From positions 1 to 64,000 of the IMG/VR virus record IMGVR_UViG_3300035633_000651: a DNA stretch of 64,000 bases, one strand, 5' to 3'. Origin of the DNA: a virus. Positions 62,606-64,000 of the stretch are shown here, piece after piece (within the stretch, counting starts at the first letter, position 1; each line of letters begins with the position of its first letter). The notes under the pieces are model-generated. The model ran no database searches and was not told where the DNA came from. It worked only from the letters and a program-made list of their open reading frames with translations. The translations under genes and the position numbers were made by a program.

Positions 62606-62941
62606 GTGAAGCCGCCGTGCGCTAAGCCGTGTGCGGCGTGCCCGTTTCGGCGCGACTCGCTGCCCGGGTGGCTCGGAGAGTCGACTCCGTTGGAATTCAT
62701 GTGGGAGCAGACGATGCACGATGTGCCCATGCCTTGCCACCTGACCGTGAACTACAGCGACCCCGATTGGGAGTCGAAGCTCGACCGGGCCAAGTACTGC
62801 GCAGGCGCGTTGGTGTTCTTTCGGAACATCTCGAAGCTCAGTCGAGACCCCGACCGGCCGCGCATGGAGGCGGACAAGGAGACGGTGTTCGCGTCACCCG
62901 ACGAGTTCGTGCTGCACCACATGAAAGGGAAGAAGCCATGA
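62606..62941 (+). CDS. Cys-rich Zn-binding protein
   Basis: PCAACPFRRD, PCH, CAG. Confidence 0.6.
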   Translation: MKPPCAKPCAACPFRRDSLPGWLGESTPLEFMWEQTMHDVPMPCHLTVNYSDPDWESKLDRAKYCAGALVFFRNISKLSRDPDRPRMEADKETVFASPDEFVLHHMKGKKP

Positions 62942-63164
62942 ATGAGATACTATGGCCGGTGTTTTGGTTCGGCTGCAGTGGATTCACGCTGGCCATTCTA
63001 TACCACCGAAGCACGCCGGCTGACCGAAAGAGCAGTGGGATGGCCCCGTCCACGTACGAGGTAACGTCAATTGTGGCGCTTTTGGCTGGGCCGCTCGGGC
63101 TCGCCACAACCCTCTGCTTCGCCTCGGCCTCGTGGGTCTTCGGAAAGTTCAGGTGACGCCGTGC

Positions 63165-63193
63165 TTGACATCGTCCGGGTTCTGTCGTATGCT
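63165..63193 (+). promoter_or_regulatory. Palindromic leaderless promoter
   Basis: TTGACA-TCGT-CCGG-GTTC-TGTCG-TATGCT-N6-ATG. Confidence 0.85.
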
Positions 63194-63199
63194 CAGCTC

Positions 63200-63649
63200 A
63201 TGACCGACGGACACCGCATCCAGAACCGGCGCGACGCCTTTTACTACATCTTCGGCGGCAAGGCGCTGTTCACGCTCGTGAGTCAGAAGTCGGGTCAGCG
63301 CTTCACCTACAGGGTGAACGTGGGGCGCGCAGGCTCCAAGTGGGAGGGCTGCTACTTCATCGACGTGCTGACCGGCTCGGACAACACCTCCGACTACGCC
63401 GCGCTCGGCATGATCAAGTCCAAGGGCGGCTTCATCAAGACCAGCCGCTCGCGCATCGACACCGACGCCCCGTCGCACCGGGCGTTCCGTTGGCTCGTCG
63501 AGCAGGCGCTCATGAGCGACGCGGGGTTCGAGCAGTGCGAGGTCTGGCACCATGGGCACTGCAGCGCGTGCGGCCGTCGGCTCACCGATCCGGACTCCAT
63601 CGCACGCGGCTTGGGTCCCGTTTGCGCCGAGAAGATGGTGCCGGTATGA
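63200..63649 (+). CDS. DUF6011-like protein
   Basis: CSACGRRLTDPDSIARGLGPVCA. Confidence 0.8.
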   Translation: MTDGHRIQNRRDAFYYIFGGKALFTLVSQKSGQRFTYRVNVGRAGSKWEGCYFIDVLTGSDNTSDYAALGMIKSKGGFIKTSRSRIDTDAPSHRAFRWLVEQALMSDAGFEQCEVWHHGHCSACGRRLTDPDSIARGLGPVCAEKMVPV

Positions 63650-64000
63650 GGACCTTCAACGTCTGGACGTTCGAGGACGTCGGCCGGATCATGTGCCGCG
63701 ACCATCTGGACGTGGTGGAGGCCTCGTCGCCCGAGGACGCGGCCCTGGAGTACACGCGACGTCGTCCGAAAGTTCTCGACGTGGTGGTCGAGGACATCGT
63801 GTCTGGCGACGTGAAGAGCTACGAGGTGCGTAGATGACATTCGACCATCCAGTCTTCTTGGCACTCCCTATGGCTTCGCCGGTCATCCTCTTGTTTGTCG
63901 TTTGGGTTGTGCATAGGGTCAAAGAGGACCCAGAAGACTTTCTGACCACATGCATGGCGATGGCGATGGCAGCGACTGCTGGTCTCAGCCTCATTCTTTT

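Noticed and set aside
1-64000. Stop-codon reassignment suggested by the phage release factor
   Set aside because: Recognisable genes end normally at TGA, TAG and TAA, and coding density is high under the standard code

Overview
GC-rich segment of a large (jumbo-like) bacteriophage genome using the standard genetic code. The host is uncertain; a Myxococcota-style Cys-rich lipoprotein is a weak hint. Most of the window is densely packed small + strand genes, many driven by leaderless sigma70-type promoters that carry a shared palindrome. A minus-strand block at about 42.4-51.8 kb holds virion-like genes. There is an array of about 36 tRNA genes (16.0-25.8 kb) and a translation/RNA-repair toolkit: peptide deformylase, Pth2-like hydrolase, release factor, two RNA ligases, a kinase, phosphatases and an HD alarmone-hydrolase-like protein. 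The most notable locus is a compact type V-like CRISPR system at 38.7-41.3 kb. It has a TnpB-derived RuvC nuclease of about 600-670 aa with an intact D-E-D triad, a 7-repeat/6-spacer array directly downstream, an anti-repeat plus hairpin (tracrRNA candidate) overlapping the 5' end of the ORF, and no cas1/cas2 in the window. Also notable are a domain-1-less, RF1-like release factor that needs a prfB-type +1 frameshift at CTT-TGA, and a circularly permuted tRNA-like RNA with YrlA (Y RNA) architecture. All family calls come from motif recognition by eye; no searches were run.
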